IMG/VR virus record: IMGVR_UViG_3300012683_000008
Location: 1 to 64,000 of that record
DNA from: a virus
DNA length: 64,000 nucleotides
Direction: 5' to 3' (one strand)
Shown here: in pieces, positions 1 to 8,838 of the stretch
Numbering within the stretch: position 1 is the first letter of the stretch
Layout: each line of letters opens with the position of its first letter
Made by a program: the position numbers and the translations under genes
Notes under the pieces: model-generated
Seen by the model: the letters and a program-made list of their open reading frames with translations, nothing else
Told to the model about the DNA's origin: nothing
Database searches by the model: none

Positions 1-9
1 CTCAAGCAC

Positions 10-726
10 GTGCTCAACTTCAAGCCCAAGGAGATGATGTTCGTCGACTTGATACAGGACGGACTCATCAAGGCACTGGAGAAGAGCAAAGAGATTCAGT
101 ACTACGAAGGAGACGTCAAGGACTGCCTCACCGAGCTCATCAAGGGCGGCAAGAAGGCAGCCTTCGTGAACCTCGACTTCTGCGGGCGGTTTGGAGCGGA
201 TCGAGTTGAGGCATGCAGACTCGCATCGAAGCTGCTGAACCCACGAGGCCTGCTCTTCTACACGTTCTTTCGTGGGCGTGAGAGCGTTCGGGAGCGAGAG
301 GCCATGGGCATGGCGAAGAACATGCTCAGGTCCAAGACAGAAGAGCGTGAGCTCACTCGTTGCACGTACATCGCCAAGAACCTCATGCGAGCCATGGGTA
401 ACGAGTTCGAGCTGGTCTTCCTCTCTCGATACGACTCGTGGGACCCGAAGAAGAGCGACAGCCACTCTCCAATGGGAGTGGTCGGCTTTCAGAAGATGCC
501 CCTGGCATTCAGAGACTCCAGGTGGATGGAAGCACTCACCACGGAAATGGAAGGAGCTGTCAGCAACAAGATGCTGGCGGCCGAAATTGCAGAGGGGCTG
601 AGGATCTCCGCCCTGGCTCTTGCCCATGAGGGTAAGCGCTCAAGAGAGATTCAAGAAATCCTGAACGTCCCAGCGTCTCGAATCGCAGCTTGGATCGCGA
701 CAGATACGAGGAGGCGTAAAGGATAA
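10..726 (+). CDS. Probably 5'-truncated SAM-methyltransferase-like protein with C-terminal helix-turn-helix
   Basis: YYEGDV and FVNLDFCG resemble Rossmann MTase motifs; C-terminal SREIQEILNVPASRIAAW is HTH-like; frame is open to the window edge. Confidence 0.45.
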   Translation: MLNFKPKEMMFVDLIQDGLIKALEKSKEIQYYEGDVKDCLTELIKGGKKAAFVNLDFCGRFGADRVEACRLASKLLNPRGLLFYTFFRGRESVREREAMGMAKNMLRSKTEERELTRCTYIAKNLMRAMGNEFELVFLSRYDSWDPKKSDSHSPMGVVGFQKMPLAFRDSRWMEALTTEMEGAVSNKMLAAEIAEGLRISALALAHEGKRSREIQEILNVPASRIAAWIATDTRRRKG

Positions 727-742
727 TCCTCGGAGGCAGTAA

Positions 743-1279
743 ATGGATGCAGCAACACGGAAGTTGGTGGACGAGACCGCAGAAGGCCGTACGGAGCTGA
801 TGAACGAGATGCTGAAGGAAGATCCGGAGATCTCCCACAGCAAGGTCTCGAAGGCAGTGAAGGAGAAGTTCGGTGTCGGCATCGACTTCTACAGGTTCAA
901 GGAAGCGAAGAAGCCGAAGGCCCACCCCGATCGCAACAAGTGGCGCAAGGCCTACGCCAAGAAGGAGAAGTTCGCTCGGGAGACGTTGGCCAAAAGACCC
1001 TCACTGTCGTTCGAGGATCTCAACCAGCTCTCCAGGCGGCAGCTCAACACCAACATCCCCAAGGGCCTCTACAAGATGTACTCCAAGAAGAAGCTCTTCA
1101 AGGCGAAGGTGATCGACAGGGTGAAGGCCGACCTGAAGCAAGGCACGACGCCGCTGAAGACAGAAGCACACCGCTTTGGCAAGCTCGCCATCGAATGCGG
1201 TGTGGAAGAAGCACATCTGAAGGTCATTGACGGCGTGCCACAGTGGCATATCGTCGAGAAGCGGATGTACCAGCTCTAG
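743..1279 (+). CDS. Lys-rich hypothetical protein, possibly DNA-binding
   Basis: GGAGG RBS, phage-like codon usage, basic composition. Confidence 0.7.
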   Translation: MDAATRKLVDETAEGRTELMNEMLKEDPEISHSKVSKAVKEKFGVGIDFYRFKEAKKPKAHPDRNKWRKAYAKKEKFARETLAKRPSLSFEDLNQLSRRQLNTNIPKGLYKMYSKKKLFKAKVIDRVKADLKQGTTPLKTEAHRFGKLAIECGVEEAHLKVIDGVPQWHIVEKRMYQL

Positions 1280-1287
1280 GAGGTAGT

Positions 1288-1812
1288 ATGGGGTGTTTCA
1301 GCGAGGAGAAGATCGCTGAGCTCATCAAGAACCAGGCAGTCTTCCTGATGCGAGGACTGCCTGGTTCAGGGAAGACGACGTGGGTGCGAAAGACCTTCGT
1401 CGGCAAGGACTACGGAATCTACTCGGCCGACGACTACTTCATGAAGGACGGCAAGTACGAGTTCAAGTTCGAGGAGGCCTCGAAGGCCCATGACTGGGTC
1501 CTGAGGCGCTTCTTGGATGGGCTCACGCAGCCGTATCTCGTGAATGGCCCCAGCGTGGTCGACAACACCAACCTGTTCGCTCTCGACATGGCACCGTACA
1601 TCGCCTTGGCCAGAGCGTTTCACAGGCCGTTCTGCATCGTGACCATCTACGAGAACCTCGAAGTGGCACAGAAGCGGAACCTCCATGGAATCGATCAGGC
1701 CACCTTCAACAGGAAGGCTGACTGGTTCGTTCACGAGAGGCTGCCGAAGTTCTGGCTGCCGTACCACCACGAAGTGAGAAATTCCGAGCTGGCTCCTGAG
1801 ATAAGCGGGTAG
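1288..1812 (+). CDS. AAA_33/N4BP2-like P-loop polynucleotide kinase
   Basis: MRGLPGSGKTT Walker A, SADDYF, VVDNTN and RNLHG motifs; GGAGG RBS before ATG 1288. Confidence 0.85.
   Translation: MGCFSEEKIAELIKNQAVFLMRGLPGSGKTTWVRKTFVGKDYGIYSADDYFMKDGKYEFKFEEASKAHDWVLRRFLDGLTQPYLVNGPSVVDNTNLFALDMAPYIALARAFHRPFCIVTIYENLEVAQKRNLHGIDQATFNRKADWFVHERLPKFWLPYHHEVRNSELAPEISG
1798..1805 (+). promoter_or_regulatory. Putative phage promoter motif GAGATAAG
   Basis: Member of the recurrent G(G/A)NATAAG family found upstream of plus-strand genes. Confidence 0.55.
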
Positions 1813-1849
1813 TGCAACAGGCACATTCAACTCTTCAAAGGAGATGGTC

Positions 1850-1969
1850 GTGATCTTCATCCTCGTGATGTTGTCGGCGTTCCTCTGGGGCGCTCGCAAG
1901 GGCTACATGCAGTGGAAGGCTCAACAGCCGGTCTATGTCGTCCAGCGCCGTAACGGCTGGAGGAACTGA
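1850..1969 (+). CDS. Small membrane peptide (39 aa), not in ORF track
   Basis: AAGGAG RBS, GTG start, hydrophobic N-terminus IFILVMLSAFLWG, followed by a terminator. Confidence 0.65.
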   Translation: MIFILVMLSAFLWGARKGYMQWKAQQPVYVVQRRNGWRN

Positions 1970-1971
1970 CC

Positions 1972-2000
1972 AAAAGGGGCCTCTCGCCCCTTCTTTAGCC
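1972..2000 (+). terminator. Hairpin terminator followed by TTTAGCC
   Basis: GGGGC-ctctc-GCCCC stem then TTCTTTAGCC. Confidence 0.65.
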
Positions 2001-2062
2001 CTCAGCAATAGGACAACAAGCTGAGGGCATAAGAATGGAGCATGAAGGTGTAGAGTATGACC

Positions 2063-2668
2063 TCAGTCGACTTCGACCTTTCGACCGAAGCCTGAGTCCT
2101 CATTCTTACCTGGCCGACCGAAGACGATGAACTCGACTCCGTCCCCATCATGCGAAGGTTCGAGGATGTCGCCATCTGGACCGTACGGGAAGTTCTTACG
2201 AACGATGCGGTAGGGCTTCACATCCTTGCGGCCCATGGCCCACTGCGAGAGCTCTTCTTGAGTCCTGAAGTGCAGGGTGAACTGCTGTCCGAGCTTGTCA
2301 CTGAAGAGCCCGACAGTGGACTTCCCACCCCGTGGGTCTGCCTCGATGACCCAAGCGAAGCCTTTCTCGACGTAGGTCGACAGCCGCTCCACGAGTGCTT
2401 TCGAGAAGACCTTGTCTTCGATCTGCTTGCTGGTAATGACGAGTCGATCTCGTTTCAAGATGTGGTCCACGGCCGAAGAGCCATTGAAGTTCCCCTCGCC
2501 AGCTTTGAACTCAGGTGCTCGTTTCGGGAAGACTGGAGAGCCGGAAGGAAGATCGCCGGTGGCCGGCACACGACGCAGTACGAAGTCGCCGTTCTCCAAC
2601 ACCCTCCGATAGGTGTAGGGCGTTTCGTCTTCAGCGGTCCTCGGAGAGATCAGGAAGCCCTGTGGCAT
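2063..2668 (-). CDS. Hypothetical protein
   Basis: 201-aa ORF with typical codon bias. Confidence 0.65.
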   Translation of the reverse strand: MPQGFLISPRTAEDETPYTYRRVLENGDFVLRRVPATGDLPSGSPVFPKRAPEFKAGEGNFNGSSAVDHILKRDRLVITSKQIEDKVFSKALVERLSTYVEKGFAWVIEADPRGGKSTVGLFSDKLGQQFTLHFRTQEELSQWAMGRKDVKPYRIVRKNFPYGPDGDILEPSHDGDGVEFIVFGRPGKNEDSGFGRKVEVD

Positions 2669-2798
2669 GGCGTCACAATATCAAGGGAAAGATGACGGCT
2701 CCACCCGTTTCAAGTGGAGCCGTCGAAGCCAGCAGTTAGGGGGAGGGGGGGGGACCTGACTGCGGCGACAAGAAGACTCTAACAGACGAGAGGAGCCC

Positions 2799-3344
2799 AT
2801 GGAACTGGACACGGTGATTGAGAGCATGAAGCAGGACAACGAGAAGTTGAAGCGAGAGCTGGACCGGTTCCTCAGTGCCTACCACGAGGAGAGCACTCTG
2901 AGGGTGAGTCGAGAGCCTTTCGAGCGGCTCGTCGACCTGATGCAGGTCATCGCTGTTCGACAGGACGAGCTTCCGTGTCCTCAGTGTGGGAGACCTCATC
3001 CTCCGGACTCTCAGCTCGTGAAGATGGCCTACATCAATGGAGATCCTGGGAAACGTCTTACCGTCGTTGGGATTGCACTACGGACGAAGACCATTCTCAT
3101 GGTCAACAAGACGGGCGAAGAGATGAAGGAGGACTGGAAAGAGGCTGGTGCGGCCGGTATTCCAGCACTGGCTCAAGAACTCCTCGGTGCATTCATCATC
3201 CGACCCACTCAGGTCACCCTCGAAGACCTGGCTGGCATCGGAGTACGGCCATTCCACATCGTTCGTTGGTTGAGGGCAGAGCTCGACCAGCACGACTTCC
3301 AGATGGCAGCGAGAAAGTCGACGCAGCACATGGCCCAGGCGTGA
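2799..3344 (+). CDS. Hypothetical protein with CxxC motif
   Basis: GAGGAG RBS; CPQCG. Confidence 0.7.
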   Translation: MELDTVIESMKQDNEKLKRELDRFLSAYHEESTLRVSREPFERLVDLMQVIAVRQDELPCPQCGRPHPPDSQLVKMAYINGDPGKRLTVVGIALRTKTILMVNKTGEEMKEDWKEAGAAGIPALAQELLGAFIIRPTQVTLEDLAGIGVRPFHIVRWLRAELDQHDFQMAARKSTQHMAQA

Positions 3345-3365
3345 AGAAAACCCCCTCAGGAATGA

Positions 3366-3373
3366 GAGATAAG
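3366..3373 (+). promoter_or_regulatory. Putative phage promoter motif GAGATAAG
   Basis: Recurrent motif, about 55 nt upstream of GTG 3427. Confidence 0.55.
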
Positions 3374-3426
3374 GTTCAGCGCAGAGAGCATTGAGCTTTT
3401 CTCGCCATTCCTTGAGGGAGGAACAC

Positions 3427-4092
3427 GTGGACCAACAACCTAAGACTGAAATCGTTTACAAAGTTCTCGGCACTGAGCGAGAGCTGAACATCATCGAGAG
3501 AGGATTGGAGCTCGTTCAACGTCTCACCGAGATCGCAGAAGAGATCGTTGATGCATCGAGGACCGAAGTTGGCCTGGAAGGCGGAAGGAGCCTGGTGTCG
3601 AACCTCAATCGAGCGTTCGATCAGAGCGCTTTCCACCACGAGGCGAGCACTCGACACATTGAGTCAGCTACTCGACTCAACGAGCAGTACATCACCCTGC
3701 TGAGCAAGCAGGTCGAGAACCAGCAGAAGATCATGGAGCAGCAGGAGAAGTTGGCCAAGAGCGTAGAGGAGGTGAAGAAGGCTCAGGCAGGCCAGGCGAG
3801 TGCGATTCAGTCACTCGACCGCAGGTTCAAGAACATCGAGGGGGGTGCCACCCAGCAGTCGCAGAAGGCGCCTTTCCGAGATGGTCGAACCAAGCCGCAC
3901 AACAACCGTAGCTCGAAAGCTGAGGGTGTAGCTCAGCCGGCAGTACCCACATCCAATGAAGAACCACAACCTATGAAGAAGGAAGGAACCGTTGTGATCA
4001 CCCGAGCGCCAAGGGCGACCAACGAAGTAAACCAGGAAGCAAACGAAGAACTTCAAGAACAAGTTTCGAAGCTGTCAGTCGTAGCAGGTTGA
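3427..4092 (+). CDS. Coiled-coil hypothetical protein
   Basis: GGGAGGA RBS before GTG 3427; Q/E-rich heptads. Confidence 0.7.
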   Translation: MDQQPKTEIVYKVLGTERELNIIERGLELVQRLTEIAEEIVDASRTEVGLEGGRSLVSNLNRAFDQSAFHHEASTRHIESATRLNEQYITLLSKQVENQQKIMEQQEKLAKSVEEVKKAQAGQASAIQSLDRRFKNIEGGATQQSQKAPFRDGRTKPHNNRSSKAEGVAQPAVPTSNEEPQPMKKEGTVVITRAPRATNEVNQEANEELQEQVSKLSVVAG

Positions 4093-4100
4093 AGGTCAGT

Positions 4101-4132
4101 GCCTCCCCGCAAGGGGAGGCTTTGCCTTAGCC
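4101..4132 (+). terminator. GNRA hairpin terminator followed by CTTAGCC
   Basis: GCCTCCCC-GCAA-GGGGAGGC then TTTGCCTTAGCC, between convergent genes. Confidence 0.75.
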
Positions 4133-4137
4133 TTCCT

Positions 4138-4641
4138 TCAGAGCTCGTGGCGTTCGAGCTGCTCCATCAAGAGCTCTGGATCTTCCGAGTCAGCGATATC
4201 GGTGCTGAGGTTCTCGTATCCCGGAGACCACTGCATGGCCCTATAGACGGCCTCGGAGCAGAAGACGTGCTTCGAGCCACGGAATGGATTCCTCCACTTC
4301 CGCTTGAACCACATGCCGAGCTTCACGATGGCCATACCGAGGAGCCCACCCCAGTCGTAGCCAGAGCCCAGGTAACGTTGAGCGACACGAGCCAGGCCGT
4401 CGTCGATAGGATGCTTCGGAGTCAGCACCACCACAACGGTGTTCTCCTTCTTGAAGCGATCGTAGGGGATGATGCGGAACCCGAGCTCGTGGGCCTCCAT
4501 CACCACTTCCATCTTCAGGCGAGAGTTCCAGAAGAGGAACCAGGCGTGGCTGCACTTCGAGCCTGTGAACTTCCGTACAACCCACGAGACAGGGTTGAAC
4601 CTTCTCGGTGTTGAGAAGCCGATTCGAACGCTGGTGTCCAT
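4138..4641 (-). CDS. Permuted papain-like amidase (YiiX/YebB, NlpC/P60 superfamily)
   Basis: SHAW (His) precedes YDW and FCSE (Cys), the permuted order. Confidence 0.75.
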   Translation of the reverse strand: MDTSVRIGFSTPRRFNPVSWVVRKFTGSKCSHAWFLFWNSRLKMEVVMEAHELGFRIIPYDRFKKENTVVVVLTPKHPIDDGLARVAQRYLGSGYDWGGLLGMAIVKLGMWFKRKWRNPFRGSKHVFCSEAVYRAMQWSPGYENLSTDIADSEDPELLMEQLERHEL

Positions 4642-4650
4642 GAGGAGCTC

Positions 4651-5274
4651 CTAGAGCTCAGTGATGATGAGGCTACGAAGGATGCCAACAGCACGAGCCG
4701 ATGCTGCTGTTGCCTTCCATCGTACATCAAAGACGTGGCTCCCAGCAGCAAGTCCTGTGACTAGGGCCATCGTACTGCCCACCAGAGAGGCGATCAGCGT
4801 AGCGCTCTCCATGTGCCTCTTCGAGGGTGCATGCTCGGCCCCGTCGACGTGGATGGCGAAGTCGAATGCATCAGCAGCCTGAATGTTGAACGAGGAGGAG
4901 AATTCGATCAGCACGTTCTTGCCGTTGGTGCTGAGAGTCTTCGTCATCTCTGGAATGACGACGTAGGACCCTGAGGCCGTCGTAGGACCAGCGGTTGTGC
5001 CCACCGATTGCCCGTTCGTCGAGCCACCCTGGATCGCCGCCATGGCGATGAACTGAGCTCGGGTGTAGATCTGCTTCACAGCAGAGTCGAGGTTGACGGG
5101 AGTGGGGCTACCTCCGTTCGGAGGGTTCACCGTCCACGCTGGCGTGTTGAGAGCAGCACCAGTAGTCCCGTTCTTCACCACCTGCACGAATGCAGAGAGC
5201 AGCAGCTCAGCACGAGCCGTGACCGAATCGTCGATGGTGAGAGGGGAACCAGGAACTGGTACTGGGATGGGCAC
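4651..5274 (-). CDS. Putative virion structural/fiber-like protein
   Basis: T/S/G-rich beta composition; C-terminal GLAAGSHVFDVRWK. Confidence 0.5.
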   Translation of the reverse strand: MPIPVPVPGSPLTIDDSVTARAELLLSAFVQVVKNGTTGAALNTPAWTVNPPNGGSPTPVNLDSAVKQIYTRAQFIAMAAIQGGSTNGQSVGTTAGPTTASGSYVVIPEMTKTLSTNGKNVLIEFSSSFNIQAADAFDFAIHVDGAEHAPSKRHMESATLIASLVGSTMALVTGLAAGSHVFDVRWKATAASARAVGILRSLIITEL

Positions 5275-5486
5275 TACGTTCTCACTTTCAGGCTGGCGAG
5301 GTAGTGCTCGTCGATCCTCGTGCCGCAGAAGGGACAGTACTCGAAGAAGACTCTGAACTTCTTCCCGCCCTTGCCCTCCACGATGATCTCAAAGCCCTTG
5401 CCGCTGTAGTCGGCAGAGAGAATCTGGATTGCTGCCTTCCTCAACATCGGACATGGATCCGGTGGATCGCAAAAACGTGATGGCAT
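5274..5486 (-). CDS. Small zinc-ribbon protein
   Basis: N-terminal Cys pair plus YCPFCG. Confidence 0.6.
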   Translation of the reverse strand: MPSRFCDPPDPCPMLRKAAIQILSADYSGKGFEIIVEGKGGKKFRVFFEYCPFCGTRIDEHYLASLKVRT

Positions 5487-5498
5487 TCAGTAGATCCT

Positions 5499-5825
5499 TC
5501 AGCCCTTAGCGGCCTTCCTCCGAGACATGTATTCCAGAATCGTTTGTTCCGGATCACCCTGCGCCACCAGTGCTTCGATGGCTTCTTCCTCTTCCATCTC
5601 ATGCAGCTCTGCATCGTCCAAACGAGGCTGGTGCAGAACCTTCACAGAATCGAGAGGCATGAGACGCACTCGACCCTTCACATCCACCATCAGTACCGCC
5701 ATCTTCGTCATCTTCAGCGACTGACCAGCAGCCATTCCAAGAGCAAGCAGCGAAGGACGGTCGCCCGACGACACCTTGTCGAGCAGCAAGTCCTCTTCGA
5801 TCTCCTCCAGGTTGGGTACGTCCAT
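5499..5825 (-). CDS. Hypothetical protein
   Basis: GGAGG RBS; acidic 108-aa ORF. Confidence 0.65.
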   Translation of the reverse strand: MDVPNLEEIEEDLLLDKVSSGDRPSLLALGMAAGQSLKMTKMAVLMVDVKGRVRLMPLDSVKVLHQPRLDDAELHEMEEEEAIEALVAQGDPEQTILEYMSRRKAAKG

Positions 5826-5863
5826 GAACCCTCCGGCGAGCTTCTTACACTACCGAGGCCACG

Positions 5864-6091
5864 ATGATAACCTTCTTGGACTACCAGGAGATCGTCTTGA
5901 CCGCAAACTACCACAGGGTCTGGGTACGGTTTCGTAACCCCGAGCTGAAGCGTCGACTCCATGCACTGAAGCTGGAGATGAGAGAGAAGACTTCAAGGAG
6001 CATCTCGAATTCGGAGCTGGTCGAGAAGATTGTAGAGCAGTTCCTCGACAAGTACGACCCAGCGACTCATCTTCTTGGAGAATCTCCGTAA
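5864..6091 (+). CDS. Small putative DNA-binding protein (ribbon-helix-helix-like)
   Basis: Beta strand followed by two helices, ISNSELVEKIVEQFL. Confidence 0.45.
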   Translation: MITFLDYQEIVLTANYHRVWVRFRNPELKRRLHALKLEMREKTSRSISNSELVEKIVEQFLDKYDPATHLLGESP

Positions 6092-6178
6092 GAGCTCTTG
6101 CATCTCGTCTTGAATGGGCTAAGAAGAGTTCTCGCTCTTGGTCATTTCGACTGAGACAAACGAAGAAGGATCTACCAA

Positions 6179-6664
6179 ATGCCCAGAGGCGTTTACGATC
6201 GCAGCAAGAGCAAGGCGCAGAGAGCGACCGAGAAGGCCGCAGCTCCCGCTCAGGCTGCGGCACCGAAGAAGAAGTACACGAAGAAGGCGCTCGTCTCGGC
6301 CAAGGCCGAGCTCGTCGAGAAGATCCAGAACGTGGGGCAGGTCGCTGGCTCCGACGTGCTGAAGGCCTACGAGCCTCTCCTCAAGGGCCGCACGAACCTG
6401 TTCGCAGGTGCGCTGCGTCTGCTCTCGGAGATCAGGCCTGCCCTCAGTGGGTCGAACGCAACGGCTGCGGTCGACACCCTGCTCAACAAGGTGGTCGCCG
6501 AGTACTCGAAGGAGCTCTTCCCGCCTGCCGTGCAGGAAGCCGTCGAGGTCGCTCAGGTGGCTGCTCCATCGATCGGCAACGGTGCCCCGGTCCCTGCCCC
6601 TGTGGCAGTCGCCCCGGTTCCGTTCAACCCTCCGACGTTCGCTCCGACTCCGGCTCAGAGCTGA
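6179..6664 (+). CDS. Hypothetical protein with basic Ala/Lys-rich N-terminus
   Basis: MPRGVYDR start, histone H1-like composition, strong codon bias. Confidence 0.7.
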   Translation: MPRGVYDRSKSKAQRATEKAAAPAQAAAPKKKYTKKALVSAKAELVEKIQNVGQVAGSDVLKAYEPLLKGRTNLFAGALRLLSEIRPALSGSNATAAVDTLLNKVVAEYSKELFPPAVQEAVEVAQVAAPSIGNGAPVPAPVAVAPVPFNPPTFAPTPAQS

Positions 6665-6667
6665 TCG

Positions 6668-6958
6668 ATGAAGATCCGCCCACTCCAGGACCGGATGATC
6701 GTGCGCCGTGAGAAGGCGCAGGAGAAGTCTCAGGGCGGCATCATCATCCCGGATGACGCCAAGGAGAAGCCGGTGCGAGGAGAAGTTCTCGCCATCGGCA
6801 ACGGCAAACTGCTCGAAGACGGCAAGTTGCGGCCGATGGACATCTCGGTGAACGATGTCGTTCTCTTCAGCAAGTACGCCGGCACGGAGATCAAGGTCGA
6901 GGGCGAGGACTTCCTCATTCTCAAAGAAGAAGACATCCTCGGCATCGTCACGAAGTAG
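6668..6958 (+). CDS. groES: Co-chaperonin GroES
   Basis: [34 protein letters not shown]. Confidence 0.97.
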   Translation: MKIRPLQDRMIVRREKAQEKSQGGIIIPDDAKEKPVRGEVLAIGNGKLLEDGKLRPMDISVNDVVLFSKYAGTEIKVEGEDFLILKEEDILGIVTK

Positions 6959-6974
6959 CGACATTCCTCTCAAG

Positions 6975-7015
6975 GAAAGAGAGCCCTGCTTCTTCGGAGG
7001 CGGGGCTTTTCTTTT
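6975..7015 (+). terminator. Intrinsic terminator with C(UUCG)G tetraloop
   Basis: GAGCCCTGCTTC-TTCG-GAGGCGGGGCTT followed by a T-rich tail. Confidence 0.85.
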
Positions 7016-7078
7016 CCCTACCCACTGTGCTCCCTGGTAGGGAGAATCCTGAAAGTAGCGCAACTTCAGGAGATACAC

Positions 7079-7291
7079 GTGACGGGCACAGTGAAGTGGT
7101 TCAACGATCAGAAGGGCTATGGCTTCATCCGGCCCGATGACGGCGGCAAGGACGTCTTTGTCCACCACTCTTCAATCCAGATGAAGGGATTCAAGACCCT
7201 GAACGAGGGCGACAAGGTCTCGTACGACGTCGGCAATGGGCCGAAGGGCATTCAGGCCGAGAATGTCGTGAAGCTCGAAGCAACGGCGTAA
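7079..7291 (+). CDS. cspA: Cold-shock protein
   Basis: GTVKWFN, KGYGFI (RNP1), DVFVH (RNP2). Confidence 0.95.
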   Translation: MTGTVKWFNDQKGYGFIRPDDGGKDVFVHHSSIQMKGFKTLNEGDKVSYDVGNGPKGIQAENVVKLEATA

Positions 7292-7307
7292 GCCGTTCTC
7301 ACCTCAG

Positions 7308-7351
7308 AAACGAGAAGAGGGCCTCCGATGTTCTGGAGGCCCTCTTCGTTT
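7308..7351. terminator. Bidirectional terminator between csp and tail tube genes
   Basis: GAAGAGGGCCTCC / GGAGGCCCTCTTC inverted repeat with A/T flanks. Confidence 0.8.
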
Positions 7352-7390
7352 GTGGTTTCGATCAAGGACTGCTTCTCTGGTGTACGCCCT

Positions 7391-7430
7391 TACTCCGGAG
7401 GGATTCGAACCCTCACCGCGAAGGGAGCGG
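7391..7430 (-). other. tRNA-like 3'-half fragment (variable arm plus T-arm)
   Basis: Minus strand CCGC-loop-GCGG, T, then GAGGG-TTCGAAT-CCCTC; no matching 5' acceptor strand found. Confidence 0.45.
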
Positions 7431-7435
7431 CCAGC

Positions 7436-8140
7436 TTACTCGACCCCAGGACCCTCGGCAATGAGGGCGACGGCCGAGACGGCGACCGGGACCACACGCT
7501 CTGGCTGGAGTGACACCTGCTCTTGGATGACGACTCCCTGAGCGTCGGTGGCGATCGAGTGCGAGGGGATGTACGTCTCTTCGAGGTAGACGGCCCCGAG
7601 CGTGTTCTCGTTCGAGTCCTTCATGTACACGAGGAGACCGCACGGCTGCGAAAAGAGGTCCGAGGCCAGGTTGAGGTAGATGTTCTCGAAGCCTGGTGGG
7701 ATCTTCACGTTGTGCTGGTTGGCGATCTGAGGCGGGATGCTCGGATCGATGCCGAACGTCGGCACCAGCGTTGGTGGCAGCGCATCGTTGTAGAACGAGT
7801 ACATCATGCGCAGGAGCGAAGGGCCGTTGTAGAGCACCCGACCGAAGCCGACCTGCGCCACGGTGCGTCCCGAGATGAAGTAGCTGCGCTCCGAACCGAG
7901 TTCCCAGAACCGGGCGAACTGCCGGTTGTGGCTCATGTTGAAGTTCTGAACGAGGCCGATGGGCAGTGCCCAGTTCCTCGAACCGAGTGCAGCAGCAGCC
8001 GCCACACCTCCGCCGATGGCCGCCAGCCTGGGAGGGCCAGCGGCGATCATCGTGAATGTGCCGGAGGCAAAGAGGCCCTCTTTGAGCGCAGAGTTGTCGA
8101 TCTTCTGCGAGTACGGCTTCCAGTTGGTGACCGTCGACAT
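7436..8140 (-). CDS. Tail tube protein
   Basis: Downstream of the sheath gene; PIGLVQNF, FWELGS.RSYFISG, AVYLEETYI pattern of tube proteins. Confidence 0.7.
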   Translation of the reverse strand: MSTVTNWKPYSQKIDNSALKEGLFASGTFTMIAAGPPRLAAIGGGVAAAAALGSRNWALPIGLVQNFNMSHNRQFARFWELGSERSYFISGRTVAQVGFGRVLYNGPSLLRMMYSFYNDALPPTLVPTFGIDPSIPPQIANQHNVKIPPGFENIYLNLASDLFSQPCGLLVYMKDSNENTLGAVYLEETYIPSHSIATDAQGVVIQEQVSLQPERVVPVAVSAVALIAEGPGVE

Positions 8141-8184
8141 GTGTTCTCCTTAACCCGAGTCTGTCATCTTACGACAAGACCAGG

Positions 8185-8787
8185 TTACTGGTTGAACGAG
8201 AGCACGTACGACCTGGCCCCGTTCGGGATCGAGGTCGGGGTGAACCCGTTGGTGGCCGTATCGAAGGTCACAGCCTCGGCGACACCGCTGGTGTAGAGGA
8301 TGACGGGGCTCGACGTCGCCGGCGAGGTGAACGCCGGGAGACCGAGCTTGTCGCCATCACCAGTGGAGTAGGTGTTGGCGGTGGCACCCACGGCATTGTG
8401 AGCGACCGAGGTGACCGTCTTGAAGATCTTCGTTCCGACTCTGGTGGCGCCAGCGTTCGAGAGGAAGGTCTCGGTGATGACCGCACCGTTCTGATCGGTG
8501 CCCACCACGATCACGTCACCACCGTCCCATGAAGCGGCGAAGGTGATGATGAGATTGCGGGGGTAGGTCGGAGCAGTGATGCCGGTGGTGACAGGAACCA
8601 CCGAGGTGTTGCCGGCGATGGCTGCGTGAATCGTGGTGGCGCCCTTGGCCGAAACAGCGGTACCGGCGGCCACGAGAGCCGTCGAACCCTGGTTCGCTTC
8701 GAGGGATGCCCGAGCAAGGATGTCTCCAGCCTTGCTCCAGGCCTTCAACATCGCCTGCTGTGTGGTGCTCAGTCTTGGTGCGGCCAT
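8185..8787 (-). CDS. Putative virion structural protein
   Basis: T/A/G-rich beta protein between sheath and tube; AGGAG RBS. Confidence 0.55.
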   Translation of the reverse strand: MAAPRLSTTQQAMLKAWSKAGDILARASLEANQGSTALVAAGTAVSAKGATTIHAAIAGNTSVVPVTTGITAPTYPRNLIITFAASWDGGDVIVVGTDQNGAVITETFLSNAGATRVGTKIFKTVTSVAHNAVGATANTYSTGDGDKLGLPAFTSPATSSPVILYTSGVAEAVTFDTATNGFTPTSIPNGARSYVLSFNQ

Positions 8788-8838
8788 GGTGTGTTCTCCT
8801 TACGGCTTGACTCCCTACTGCGTTGAACTGCGTACTGC

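Noticed and set aside
7380-7470. Complete tRNA gene
   Set aside because: Only the T-arm and a variable-arm-like hairpin are present; no acceptor pairing, D-arm or anticodon arm
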